Shown here: one piece after another, positions 38,156 to 47,755 of the stretch
Layout of the letters: every line of letters begins with the position of its first letter
Position numbering within the stretch: the stretch's first letter is position 1
IMG/VR virus record: IMGVR_UViG_3300045941_000233
Coordinates: 40,286-104,285 of that record
Strand: one strand, 5' to 3'
Length of the DNA stretch: 64,000 bases
Source of the DNA: a virus
Notes under the pieces: generated by a model
The model's input: the letters and a program-made list of their open reading frames with translations, nothing else
Databases searched by the model: none
What the model was told of the DNA's origin: nothing
Made by a program: the position numbers and the translations under genes

Positions 38156-38992
38156 GTGGCGCAGGTATTGATTCAAGGCGGTTCAGTCGCCTTTGAAGAG
38201 CTAAACGACTCGCCGAAATTCACCGTCGGCCGCGATTCCCGCGAGGCATCTCGGCACGGCAAAATTGCGTGGACCGACATTCAGTCCGCGATCAATGAGC
38301 TATTCCCGGCTGCGCCGGCGCTGCCCGGCATCTATCCTGGAGTTTCGTATCTGTACGCCGAATCGGCCGAAATTGAGCCGTGGCACCCGGAGGCCATTCC
38401 AACCGACGGAACGATAGCGACCTACGCCACGCCGGCCAGAATCCGAATCAAGTATTCGACGAAGCTATACGATCCGTCGGACTTGATCGTCAGAAAATAT
38501 GGTTTCTCGGGTGAGTTTCTGACACTGACCGGCGCCGGTCTCTACTGGGAATCCGGCCCGCAGGTCGAGCAGGAAGATGTTTCGGCCGCCAAGATCGTCC
38601 CGATGGTCGAGCATTCCCTGACTCGGCACCGGGCGACGTTCATTCCGTGGACTGCTATCCAGGCCAATATCGGCAGGGTCAACAAGAACACAATCAATAA
38701 CAGCTATTTCACGAATATTCCGCGCGAATGCCTGCTTTACATGGGCGCGGAAGTGAACTTCACGCTTTCGACGAACGGAACCACTGTCTGGACGCTTGAG
38801 CATCGGTTTCAAGAGCGGCGCGTCGATCTTTACGAAGACACCAGCAGCACCGGCGGCGCGACCGGCATCGGCGGCTGGAATCACTTCTACCGCCAGACCG
38901 GCGCCAGTCCTGGATTCGATCGAATTTTCACGGCCGACGGCGATCCAATTTACTCCTATTCGCAAAACGATTTCGCCGGCCTGTTTGTGTAA
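38156..38992 (+). CDS. putative distal tail protein
   Basis: Follows tape measure gene; GWNHF motif. Confidence 0.55.
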   Translation: MAQVLIQGGSVAFEELNDSPKFTVGRDSREASRHGKIAWTDIQSAINELFPAAPALPGIYPGVSYLYAESAEIEPWHPEAIPTDGTIATYATPARIRIKYSTKLYDPSDLIVRKYGFSGEFLTLTGAGLYWESGPQVEQEDVSAAKIVPMVEHSLTRHRATFIPWTAIQANIGRVNKNTINNSYFTNIPRECLLYMGAEVNFTLSTNGTTVWTLEHRFQERRVDLYEDTSSTGGATGIGGWNHFYRQTGASPGFDRIFTADGDPIYSYSQNDFAGLFV

Positions 38993-40017
38993 TGTCGAAG
39001 CCCAGCACCAACAACAAGAGTTTTTTCAAGCTGGTTGCGGCCGGGGACCGCCCCAGCGCGACCGAGCAGAATAAAATCACGTCTGCCCTGTCGTCGCTGA
39101 TGGGGAGCCCCAACGTCCACGACTTGGGCGGCAACAAGGTTCGCATTGTCAGGCTTGGCGAACCGTCCGGCACGTTTTCGACGGCCGACAACCGGCACGA
39201 CGTCACCGCGCAGGTGATGCACTACAACAACGAAGACGTCTCGGACGCTTCCAGTCAGTCGCAAGACATTGGCGCCGGCTTCAAGGTCTCATCGCGCGAC
39301 CCGCTGGATAACTTCTGCGACCCTCACAATCTGATTTTCGACCGCCACGAAATCGCGGTGGCCGTGTATTGCAAGCAGTCCGCCAAGTGGATTCCGGTTA
39401 CTTTCCGGTCTGTTCGGCACGCCATGACATGCCGGGCTTCCGACGGCACATATCCGGCGCGAAGCGTCAACCCGGACACCTACCCGATTCAGTGGATCCG
39501 CTTGCGCTACCATGAAGCCATCGGCCGCCAGCGGCACGACGTCAGTTTCCTCGCGAACAATGTCCTGGATACCAACCTGGCCAATGAATCGAGCCTGTTC
39601 AGCGAGTCGAGCAACCAGCGGCCGCTAGGCCCGGACGCCTACGTCCACAACATCGTGCCAAATGCCTACATCAAGCCCAGCACGATCATTCAGGTTTACA
39701 ACGTCACCGGGCAGTGGTTTACGGAATATCGCGCCGAGCCGGCGCTTGTAGTCCAGCCGGTCCGTAGCATTACCGCCGGCCAGTCGGACGATTGCCGAAT
39801 TTACAGCGGCGGGGTCTATACCAAGAAAGTCGTTCGCTGCACGGCCCTTGCCGCGGCCGTCCAGGCTAATCGCTGGTGCGTTGCCTGGCAGGAAGAGTCG
39901 AGCGGCGTTTATTACGTCGGCCCGTGGGAATGCGCCGACGCCACGCAGAGCGAAAGCAGCATCAGCCGGTCCATCAGCAGCGAGAGCAGTCCATCGTTTG
40001 TGTCTGGCGAAATCTAA
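38992..40017 (+). CDS. putative tail-tip protein with Ser patches
   Basis: Synteny; SESSISRSISSESS tail. Confidence 0.55.
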   Translation: MSKPSTNNKSFFKLVAAGDRPSATEQNKITSALSSLMGSPNVHDLGGNKVRIVRLGEPSGTFSTADNRHDVTAQVMHYNNEDVSDASSQSQDIGAGFKVSSRDPLDNFCDPHNLIFDRHEIAVAVYCKQSAKWIPVTFRSVRHAMTCRASDGTYPARSVNPDTYPIQWIRLRYHEAIGRQRHDVSFLANNVLDTNLANESSLFSESSNQRPLGPDAYVHNIVPNAYIKPSTIIQVYNVTGQWFTEYRAEPALVVQPVRSITAGQSDDCRIYSGGVYTKKVVRCTALAAAVQANRWCVAWQEESSGVYYVGPWECADATQSESSISRSISSESSPSFVSGEI

Positions 40018-40763
40018 TGCGGAAAATTGCTTGTTATCTGCGCTACGCGGCGGCCGTTGTGCTGCTTTGTGCCGTCCTGGCGATCATCGACCCGGCCCAA
40101 ATCACAAACGCCCTTTGGCCGCTGGGCCTAATTCCAAATGCGTGTTGCTGCGATACGGAGGAATTGAGCAGCGGCAGCAGCAGTACGTCGTACCCGGGTT
40201 GCTCTTGCTGCATCGGCGATTACGACGGGCAGTTTGACGTTGAGATTTTCGGTGTCGCGGATCAAATCTGCATCGAGTGCGAGAGCCTTAACGGACTTTA
40301 CACGCTCAGCTTCATGGGCGGTTATCTGGATGGAGTCAACGACGAACAGGTCATTTCCAGCCAGAGCGGCTTCCCTCCCGGCACTTCCTGCGCAAGCCTC
40401 CCATTCACCACTTGCTGCCGTGCTTGGGGTCACTGGTTTCGGTGGGGTTGCGGCGGCTCCCAGCCGATAGCCGATATCCATATCGGTCTCAACATTTACA
40501 AATTCAACACGGACAACAGCAGCAGTAGCAGCGGATCAGTTGGCAGCGATATTGGCGATTGCACTATTCAGGTATTTTTCTCTGTCCCAAGCCGTCCATT
40601 GTTCGGCACTTTCATTTTCAGTAAAAGGCTAAATGCCGACGAAGTTGATTGCGCGCTAATCCACGGCCTGGAACTTTCACTCCAAACAGAGACCGGAACG
40701 GACTGCAACGGATCGGCTGCCCGCGCTGTTGTTTCGGCTGTCGTTAGCTCCCAATCGTCCTAG
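40017..40763 (+). CDS. Cys- and Ser-rich protein with N-terminal hydrophobic segment
   Basis: ACCCD, CSCC, EELSSGSSSTS, DNSSSSSGS. Confidence 0.55.
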   Translation: MRKIACYLRYAAAVVLLCAVLAIIDPAQITNALWPLGLIPNACCCDTEELSSGSSSTSYPGCSCCIGDYDGQFDVEIFGVADQICIECESLNGLYTLSFMGGYLDGVNDEQVISSQSGFPPGTSCASLPFTTCCRAWGHWFRWGCGGSQPIADIHIGLNIYKFNTDNSSSSSGSVGSDIGDCTIQVFFSVPSRPLFGTFIFSKRLNADEVDCALIHGLELSLQTETGTDCNGSAARAVVSAVVSSQSS

Positions 40764-40773
40764 CCGCGCCCAA

Positions 40774-41253
40774 ATGCTCGAATATCGCAGCGAGCCAGAC
40801 AGCAGCGGCCGGCGGCTAGTCGTCTGCACAACCGCAAACTGCGGATACAGGCGGACGACGACCTGGCCGATTGAGAAGATTCGTCACAGTTGCGGCCACG
40901 AAAGAATTCCGGAACCACTGGAAGACCCGCCGCCGGCAGTCGGACCCGGTACGGAGTTGGTGCAACTTTTGAAGCAGCTTGGGGCGTCGGCCAAAGCGTG
41001 CGCCAGATGTTCTGAAAATGCTGGCCTAATGAATCGATGGGGTCCGGACGGCTGCCGCTCGCGCAGGAATACCATCGCCGACTGGCTGAAGAGGGCCTAC
41101 GGGGAGCAGTCGGTTATCGGAAAAATCAAAAACCGGATGGCCGGCGCCGTCTCGGGAGTAGCCTGGAAAATCGACTGGAACGACCCTTTTTTGTGGTTGG
41201 TCGATGAGGCGATCCGGCGCGCGGAATCCGTCGAGAACGATGGCGGAAATTGA
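40774..41253 (+). CDS. Cys-containing hypothetical protein
   Basis: GPGTEL..C..C...MNRWGPDGC. Confidence 0.6.
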   Translation: MLEYRSEPDSSGRRLVVCTTANCGYRRTTTWPIEKIRHSCGHERIPEPLEDPPPAVGPGTELVQLLKQLGASAKACARCSENAGLMNRWGPDGCRSRRNTIADWLKRAYGEQSVIGKIKNRMAGAVSGVAWKIDWNDPFLWLVDEAIRRAESVENDGGN

Positions 41254-41288
41254 CGATTCAGGACATTTCCATACAAAACCGATAGGGA

Positions 41289-42311
41289 ATGGACGATGAG
41301 AACACGATTTCGCGACTTGAGCCGCGGCCGAACCTGACCCCGGACCAATGGGCGGCCCTGCCGCGGCATGAACGCATTCGCCTTCGGCAATTGAAGTTAG
41401 CCCACCGCCGGGCTGAAGCAATCGCGGCCAGCCAGGACGGCGAGACGCCGGTAGAAGAGCCATCGGCATCGCGCCCACCGCCGGCCGATACGCCATTCCG
41501 AGACTCCCACAACCGGCCGCTGTACCTGGAAAATCTCTATTTCGGCGCTAGTTGCTTTTTGATGCTCTCGGGACCGTCGGCACTGAGTAACGACCTGACA
41601 GAGCTAAGACGGCGCGGCATCTACACAATCGCCGTCAACAATGCGGCCACGATCATTCGCCCGAATTCCTGGATTTTCGTGGACCCGCCGGAGAAGTTTC
41701 ATTCGGCAATCTGGCTGGATCCGGCGGTGACGAAGTTCGTTCACAACCGGTTCCTGGAATATCGACTGCGCGAGAAAATCGGCGACGAATTCCGCAAGCT
41801 GGACCGGCCGGACGGCAAGCCGGCCCACGTTCGGGATATGCCTGGCGTGGTGTCGATTATTCGCAACGCCGACTTTCGGCCCAATCGCTGGCTGAGAGAG
41901 TCGTCGATCAACTGGGGAAACTCCAAACGGTCGGCCCGCCGGAACAATCAACCGCGCGATCTGAATGTGATGCTGGCGGCCCTGAAGCTGGCCTACGTGC
42001 TCGGCTTCCGGGCGGTTTACTTGCTGGGCTGTGATTTCCTGATGACGGACGATCAGCCGTATTCGTTCACCGAAAACAAGCACGCTTCGGCCGTCGGCAG
42101 CAACAACAACAAATATCGCCGCATTACGGAGATGCTTCAGATTCTGAAGCCGTACTTCGAGGGCGCCGGGTTTCACGTTCGCAACTGCAACCCGCGAAGC
42201 GGATTGACGCTTTTCCCGTTCGTCTCTTACACGGAGGCTATCCAGGCCGCCAGCGGCCACGTCCCGCAAGACCCGCTCGACACGATGAATTGGTACAGGA
42301 AAGGAAACTAG
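41289..42311 (+). CDS. Maf/DUF115-like (GT42-fold-like) putative glycosyltransferase
   Basis: CFLMLSGPS, IAVNN, WIFVD, ALKLAYVLGFRAVYLLGCDF, VRNCN..S.L..FP. Confidence 0.72.
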   Translation: MDDENTISRLEPRPNLTPDQWAALPRHERIRLRQLKLAHRRAEAIAASQDGETPVEEPSASRPPPADTPFRDSHNRPLYLENLYFGASCFLMLSGPSALSNDLTELRRRGIYTIAVNNAATIIRPNSWIFVDPPEKFHSAIWLDPAVTKFVHNRFLEYRLREKIGDEFRKLDRPDGKPAHVRDMPGVVSIIRNADFRPNRWLRESSINWGNSKRSARRNNQPRDLNVMLAALKLAYVLGFRAVYLLGCDFLMTDDQPYSFTENKHASAVGSNNNKYRRITEMLQILKPYFEGAGFHVRNCNPRSGLTLFPFVSYTEAIQAASGHVPQDPLDTMNWYRKGN

Positions 42312-42318
42312 GGGGGAT

Positions 42319-42678
42319 ATGACCGAAAATCAAGCCATCCCGTTCGGCAATGTGCCGGCCGGCAATGAAATGGATTCTCTGTCTGGCATTCCGGACTCCC
42401 TCTTCAATGCCTTGCGGCACGCCATGAAGAACAGCGGCGGCCGATACGGAATCGCCGTCTTCACCCACGACGAAAACTGCAACGAAGTTCTTTTGAATTT
42501 CAATTACGGTCCGGCGTGGAGCGGCAAGTGTTTTCTGACCGCCTACGGTCTTTTCGTCGGCGAGTTTTTGAAGGTCACGCCAGGACTGATTAACGCGATC
42601 AACCGGACGACGGAAGCCGCGCAGTCGCCGCAGGCCAGCTTCGGACCGGCCCCGCCAGCGGAGATTCCGCCGCTATGA
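42319..42678 (+). CDS. hypothetical protein
   Basis: Coupled ORF with G-rich SD. Confidence 0.55.
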   Translation: MTENQAIPFGNVPAGNEMDSLSGIPDSLFNALRHAMKNSGGRYGIAVFTHDENCNEVLLNFNYGPAWSGKCFLTAYGLFVGEFLKVTPGLINAINRTTEAAQSPQASFGPAPPAEIPPL

Positions 42679-43079
42679 CAGGGCCGGCCGCCAGACCAAT
42701 CGAAGTCGGATTAGGCACATGGATTGAAAAATCTTGGGGCTGGTTCCGGACACTGTTCCGCGACGATCAAGTCGAAATTGTCGAGGCCGAGATTGTCGCC
42801 GGCGGCTATAGCAGTCAGCACAAGCACCTATACAAGAGCAACACGTTCCAAGTGATAACCGGCGAGCTCGAAGTCCAGACCTATCCGGCGTCACTGAAGC
42901 CGACGAAGTACGTTCTGACGCCAACGGCCGATTCGATCACCATCCCGGCATTTGTTCCGCATAAGTTTTTCGCTCCGCAAGCCACGCGACTAATTGAAAC
43001 ATACGTCGCTTCGCAGCGCGGCCGCGCCATCGAGCCAGACGATATAGTCCGGTTCAGTGACGGGGGAATTAGGAAGTGA
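42675..43079 (+). CDS. cupin (mannose-6-phosphate isomerase type II-like)
   Basis: EKSWG, SSQHKHLYK, IPAFVPHKF, DIVRF. Confidence 0.75.
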   Translation: MTGPAARPIEVGLGTWIEKSWGWFRTLFRDDQVEIVEAEIVAGGYSSQHKHLYKSNTFQVITGELEVQTYPASLKPTKYVLTPTADSITIPAFVPHKFFAPQATRLIETYVASQRGRAIEPDDIVRFSDGGIRK

Positions 43080-43864
43080 TTCCCGATTTTACTATTGTCG
43101 TCGCGATCGACCCGGCTCACCTTGCCGAGTTGCGCCTGTCCTATCCGACCTGGATCCGACACCATCCGGAACTGGCCGATAGGCCGATGGTCGTGATTTG
43201 CGACGGCGACAGACATCCAGACGGCGCGCCGGCCAGGCCCGGGGCAACGGTCGCATGGTGGGGAGCCATCGAGGATATTGTTTATCCGTTTCACCGCGGG
43301 AAAATCCACCCAATATTCGCGAGCAGCAGCGATCCGCAAATCAGCCAGCGGGAGAAGATGCTTTCGGCGTTTGTGTTGAAGGCGCCGCTCCGCGTCGATA
43401 CGCCGTGGTATCTGAAAATCGACACGGACTGCATCGCCACCGTCGGCGGCGACTGGGTTTATCCGGAATGGTTCGAACGCGAACCGGTTCTGATTGCCCC
43501 CGCGTGGGGCTACACAAAGCCGGGCAGCATGCTCGACAAGCTCGACGATTGGGCCGACTGCAATCCGGAGCTCGTTCTACGGCCCCCGCCGGCCCGCCGC
43601 GCCGTCGGCCAAATCGCCAAGCATCGCCGCATCATTTCCTATTGCATGTTTGGCCGGACGGACTGGACCCGGAATATTGCAAAACTGTGCGGCGATCGAC
43701 TGCCGGTCCCGAGCCAGGACACGTTTTTGTGGTACTGCGCCGAGCGGCTTGGCCATCTTTGGATGCCGGCAAAAATGAACGGCTGGCGGCATGTTGGCGG
43801 CGGCGGCCAGCGACTGAGAATCGCGGCGCAAGAGGCGATGAAGACCGAGGGGGTGACTGCATGA
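43076..43864 (+). CDS. putative GT-A glycosyltransferase
   Basis: TPWYLKIDTD (DxD), SQDT. Confidence 0.55.
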   Translation: MIPDFTIVVAIDPAHLAELRLSYPTWIRHHPELADRPMVVICDGDRHPDGAPARPGATVAWWGAIEDIVYPFHRGKIHPIFASSSDPQISQREKMLSAFVLKAPLRVDTPWYLKIDTDCIATVGGDWVYPEWFEREPVLIAPAWGYTKPGSMLDKLDDWADCNPELVLRPPPARRAVGQIAKHRRIISYCMFGRTDWTRNIAKLCGDRLPVPSQDTFLWYCAERLGHLWMPAKMNGWRHVGGGGQRLRIAAQEAMKTEGVTA

Positions 43865-44526
43865 GCATGGGAGACAGCGGTCGTTTTGTCGAAATCCTGG
43901 AAGCCCATTTCGGCCCCGGCGGCGGACGAATGCATACGGGCGTCGAAATCGGAACGCACCGCGGGGGACTGTCGGAAAGGCTCCTGCGCAAATTTCCTGC
44001 GCTGATGCTGTTCATGGTCGATTCTTATTGCGAACACGACAAAGAATCCGACTACCGCAAGACGGGCGACAAGTGCTCCCGTCTCAGCTACGACCAACAG
44101 CAAGAGCATTACAAGGTGGCCCTGCGGGTTACGTCATTTGCCGGACACCGCCGGACGATCTTGAAAATTCCGAGTTCTGAAGCAGCCTTTCGCATTCCAT
44201 GCCCGCGGCTGTCGTTCGCTTTCCTGGATGGATCCCACTCACTCCCAGACGTTCGGCACGACTGCTTGATCTGGTGGCCGCGAGTCGAAGCCGGCGGCAT
44301 TATGGGCGGCCACGATTACGGCCATCCGCGCTATGGCGGCGTCGAAGTTGCCGTGAAGGAATTTGCGGCCCGCGAGCAAGTGGAAATCAGGACGGCGGGA
44401 AGTTGCTGGTGGGCGGTGAAGCCTGACACGCTTGTTGCGGCCGCCGATTCCGGCAGCCTGCCATCTTTGGACATGGGAGTGCAGACGATTAACGTCGATT
44501 CTGGCGACGTTGACGATTTCGATTAA
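43861..44526 (+). CDS. class I SAM methyltransferase (Methyltransf_24-like)
   Basis: GVEIGTHRG, VDSY, FAFLDGSH, GGIMGGHDY, GVEVAV. Confidence 0.88.
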   Translation: MSMGDSGRFVEILEAHFGPGGGRMHTGVEIGTHRGGLSERLLRKFPALMLFMVDSYCEHDKESDYRKTGDKCSRLSYDQQQEHYKVALRVTSFAGHRRTILKIPSSEAAFRIPCPRLSFAFLDGSHSLPDVRHDCLIWWPRVEAGGIMGGHDYGHPRYGGVEVAVKEFAAREQVEIRTAGSCWWAVKPDTLVAAADSGSLPSLDMGVQTINVDSGDVDDFD

Positions 44527-44539
44527 AGGAGTTTTTGAG

Positions 44540-44959
44540 ATGAAAAATCAAAAAAAGGAAGCGCTTCGCAACGAGTCTATACACGATATCGACGAAGTGC
44601 TTTTTGAGGTTGGACGGTATGAGGCGATGAATCGCCGGCCGAATGAAACAGGCTACGACGTTTTCCCCATCATGCCGCAAGGGTGGTTTGGTCGATCGGT
44701 CGAAATGCTGCGCGAAAGCATCGGAGCCAGGAAAAGGCTTCCGGACTGCGGCGAAGCTATCTGGAAGTCGATCACCGACATTGCTTTTTCTGGCAACGAG
44801 GGCGATATCGATCGACTGATGCATGAGTTTCGGCTGTGGCTGATTTTTCAGCGCGGAAAAGTCACGTTCGGCAGTGGCCGCCGGCCGGAAACTTTCCCGG
44901 GAGAGGAATCGACATCGACAAGCGAAAGCAGTAGCAGCCTGACCATCAGCGAGGATTGA
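44540..44959 (+). CDS. hypothetical protein with Ser-rich tail
   Basis: AAGGAG SD; EESTSTSESSSS. Confidence 0.6.
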   Translation: MKNQKKEALRNESIHDIDEVLFEVGRYEAMNRRPNETGYDVFPIMPQGWFGRSVEMLRESIGARKRLPDCGEAIWKSITDIAFSGNEGDIDRLMHEFRLWLIFQRGKVTFGSGRRPETFPGEESTSTSESSSSLTISED

Positions 44960-44960
44960 T

Positions 44961-45722
44961 TTGCCGGAGACCGTTTTAGCTTCGATCATTAACTGGCGGC
45001 GGCCAGAAAACATCCACGCGCTGTTGACCCGCTACCGCGAGCAAACGGTTCCGCTGCATATCGTCCTGGTCGAGTGTTCGCCGGATTCGGAATTCGCGGC
45101 CCCGCCGGAAGCCGTCGCACTGGCCGACGTCGTAATCACAATCAACCGCAACCTGACGGCATGCTCCCGGTTCATTCCGCCGCTAATGATGCCGCAGTTT
45201 CGGTACACGTTCTTTGGCGTTGACGATCATCTCCCCGGCCGCCGGCACGTCGAATGCCTGCTGCGCTGTGCCGAGTCTCTTGGCGGAAGGTTTGCCACAA
45301 TCGGCCAGGACGGAAGATGCTTCCGGAATGGCGCTATCCACAAGCGGCGAGCCAGGCCCTATCCATCGACACCGCGGCCGATCGACGTCGTAACGAGCTC
45401 TGAATTGATGGAGACAAGGAACATCGCCGACGCGATCATTTTTCGCCAGCGATTGCGCGAGTACGAGGGCAGCGACGAATTCATCACGGAAGACGATTTG
45501 ATCCTTTGCATGGCCCTGCAAACGAAGCTGGCGGCGCCGTGCTACGTGACTCCGCAGCCAGGCGAAGACGAATGGTGGGCCGAAAAGCGACTGCCATCCG
45601 ACCACGCGCTGTCGGGACGGCCGAATCACATCGACAGACGGAATCAGATGATCCAGAAAATGACGGATCTTGGCTGGCGGTCGATGGTTCCGAAGAGCGA
45701 ATCAGGAGACGAAGGCGAATGA
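44961..45722 (+). CDS. putative GT2-like glycosyltransferase
   Basis: NWRRPEN, RF, VDDHLPG, EDDL. Confidence 0.6.
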   Translation: MPETVLASIINWRRPENIHALLTRYREQTVPLHIVLVECSPDSEFAAPPEAVALADVVITINRNLTACSRFIPPLMMPQFRYTFFGVDDHLPGRRHVECLLRCAESLGGRFATIGQDGRCFRNGAIHKRRARPYPSTPRPIDVVTSSELMETRNIADAIIFRQRLREYEGSDEFITEDDLILCMALQTKLAAPCYVTPQPGEDEWWAEKRLPSDHALSGRPNHIDRRNQMIQKMTDLGWRSMVPKSESGDEGE

Positions 45723-46825
45723 GCGAGCCAGTGCTGGTCAAAGACCGCAGATTCATTCCAGTTGCCAAGCCCTGGATTACGGACTGTGAGATAGAGGCGG
45801 CAAGCAAGGTCGTTCGATCTGGCTGGATTTCGGCCGGCCAGCAAGTCGAGGAATTCGAGCATGAATTCGCGGCGGCCCACGGCAAAAGATACGGGGTCGC
45901 GTGCAACAGCGGGACTACAGCGCTGCAGTTGGCCATCACGGCCGCCGGAGTTGAGGCCGGCGATCGTGTCGCATGCCCAACAATGACGATGGTGGCCTGC
46001 CCAAACGCCATCATTTCCGCCGGCGGCAATCCATTTTTGCTTGACTCCGTGCCGGGCTCCGGATGCATGGACCTGGACGAAATTCCAGCCCGTCGATATC
46101 GGCCGAAGGCCATTTTGTATGTTCACCTTTACGGGGTGCCGGTCGAGTTTGACGCTGACACTTGGATTGCGAAGGCGATCGAGGACTGCGCAGAAGCACA
46201 CTACGGCAGTTTCGAAAACGGCTCACCGGTTGGCAGCCGCGGCGACTTTGCTTGTTTTTCGTTTTTCGCCAACAAGATCATTGCATGCGGCGAAGGCGGC
46301 ATGGTCCTGACGAACAGCGCCGAAGATGCCGAACGAATGCGAGGGCTCCGCGCCCATGCATTCACCAAAGGCGAGCACTTCCACCACCGCGAGCACGCCT
46401 TGGGTGTTCGCATGACCGACATGCAAGCGGCAATCGGACTTTCCCAGCACCGACGGCGGGAACAGATAATCCAGCGGCGGCGCCGGATTTTCAGGCAGTA
46501 CATGGCCGGCCCTTGGCCGGATTGGGTCCGGTTTCAGTGGCGAACTCCCGGCTCTGCCGATTGGGTTTTCCCTATTTTGGTTCGCGAAGGCTTCGGACTG
46601 ACTCGCGACATGGTTCGCCAGCATCTCGGTTCGGCTGGAATAGAAACGCGATCATGGTTTAAGCCGATGCATCGGCAGCCGCACCTAAAGCGGTTCGCAG
46701 ACGGAGAGCTCTTTCCAGTTGCCGACGATCTTGCACGGCGCGGCTTGTATTTGCCTATTTATCCGGAAATGACGGACGATGACGTTTCCTATGTCATCGA
46801 AACCGTTGCAGCCATTCGCGCGTAG
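45719..46825 (+). CDS. DegT/DnrJ-family sugar aminotransferase (perosamine synthase-like)
   Basis: NSGTTAL, VHLYG, IEDCAEAH, FSFFANKII..GEGG, RMTDMQAAIG, GLYLP. Confidence 0.92.
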   Translation: MSEPVLVKDRRFIPVAKPWITDCEIEAASKVVRSGWISAGQQVEEFEHEFAAAHGKRYGVACNSGTTALQLAITAAGVEAGDRVACPTMTMVACPNAIISAGGNPFLLDSVPGSGCMDLDEIPARRYRPKAILYVHLYGVPVEFDADTWIAKAIEDCAEAHYGSFENGSPVGSRGDFACFSFFANKIIACGEGGMVLTNSAEDAERMRGLRAHAFTKGEHFHHREHALGVRMTDMQAAIGLSQHRRREQIIQRRRRIFRQYMAGPWPDWVRFQWRTPGSADWVFPILVREGFGLTRDMVRQHLGSAGIETRSWFKPMHRQPHLKRFADGELFPVADDLARRGLYLPIYPEMTDDDVSYVIETVAAIRA

Positions 46826-47558
46826 CGCGCAGTATTACGACCAAATCTATTCCGGCGGACGGAAGCGGAACTACTCGCGCGAAGTTGACGTCATCGCGTC
46901 GTTTTTTGGTGAACTGCAGACCAACGGCCGACAGATAGTCGATTGGGGGTGCGGGACCGGTGAGCATCTTTCCCGCTGGCCGGCAGCGGCCCCCGGCTGG
47001 CAGGCTTCCGGCTTCGATCCATCCGACGGCATGGTTCAAATCTGCCAGCGAAAGGGCCTGGACGTTTATCACGGCGACATTTGCTCGACGCTGCCATGTC
47101 ACGGGCTGGCGCCGGCGGCCGTGCAGACGTGCTTGTTTGGCGCTTTTGGTTATGCTGCCGCCGGCCCGGACTCCCGCGGCATGAACGCGGCCCTCGATAA
47201 CGTGAAATGGTGGGCGGCTTCCGGCGGGCTGTTCATTCTCGACGTCGTGAATTATTTGGCCGCCGCTTGTCATCTTCGATCGCAAGATTGTTATCAGTGT
47301 CCGGAACTGCGCCGCACGTTCCGCAAGCGGTTCGATCTGGAAGAATCTCTGCTGCATTATGAAATCGAGTACGAGCCGGCCAATGCGGCTTCTTTCGTGG
47401 AATCGCACGTCATGCGCGCCTTCACTCCGCGCGAGCTCCGCCAGGCCCTGCGGCTGAATGGGTTTGACGTTTTGCATTGCTTCGATCCAGAATCCGCGCA
47501 GATGTCGAAGCCGGGGCCGGAGAGCTTCTATTTCATGCTGGTAGCGCGGAAGCGATGA
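46791..47558 (+). CDS. SAM methyltransferase (sugar N-methyltransferase-like)
   Basis: YYDQIY..NYSREV, DWGCGTGEH, D.S..M, GGLFILD, ESHVMRAFT. Confidence 0.82.
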   Translation: MSSKPLQPFARSAQYYDQIYSGGRKRNYSREVDVIASFFGELQTNGRQIVDWGCGTGEHLSRWPAAAPGWQASGFDPSDGMVQICQRKGLDVYHGDICSTLPCHGLAPAAVQTCLFGAFGYAAAGPDSRGMNAALDNVKWWAASGGLFILDVVNYLAAACHLRSQDCYQCPELRRTFRKRFDLEESLLHYEIEYEPANAASFVESHVMRAFTPRELRQALRLNGFDVLHCFDPESAQMSKPGPESFYFMLVARKR

Positions 47559-47755
47559 CCGATTTCGATATTCAGGCGACGATCAAGCGCATCATTGCCC
47601 TATACCGCGAGCGCGGCTTGGAGCGGACGCGCGACGATATCGTCAAATACTCAAAGTCAATCGCCAAAAAGAACAAGATTTCCGAGACAAAGGCGCTGTT
47701 GGCGATCGAAAGGGATTTACTCGACGACAACCCGAAGCCGGAGAAGTGGGACTAG
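47555..47755 (+). CDS. small hypothetical protein
   Basis: ATGA overlap. Confidence 0.5.
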   Translation: MTDFDIQATIKRIIALYRERGLERTRDDIVKYSKSIAKKNKISETKALLAIERDLLDDNPKPEKWD

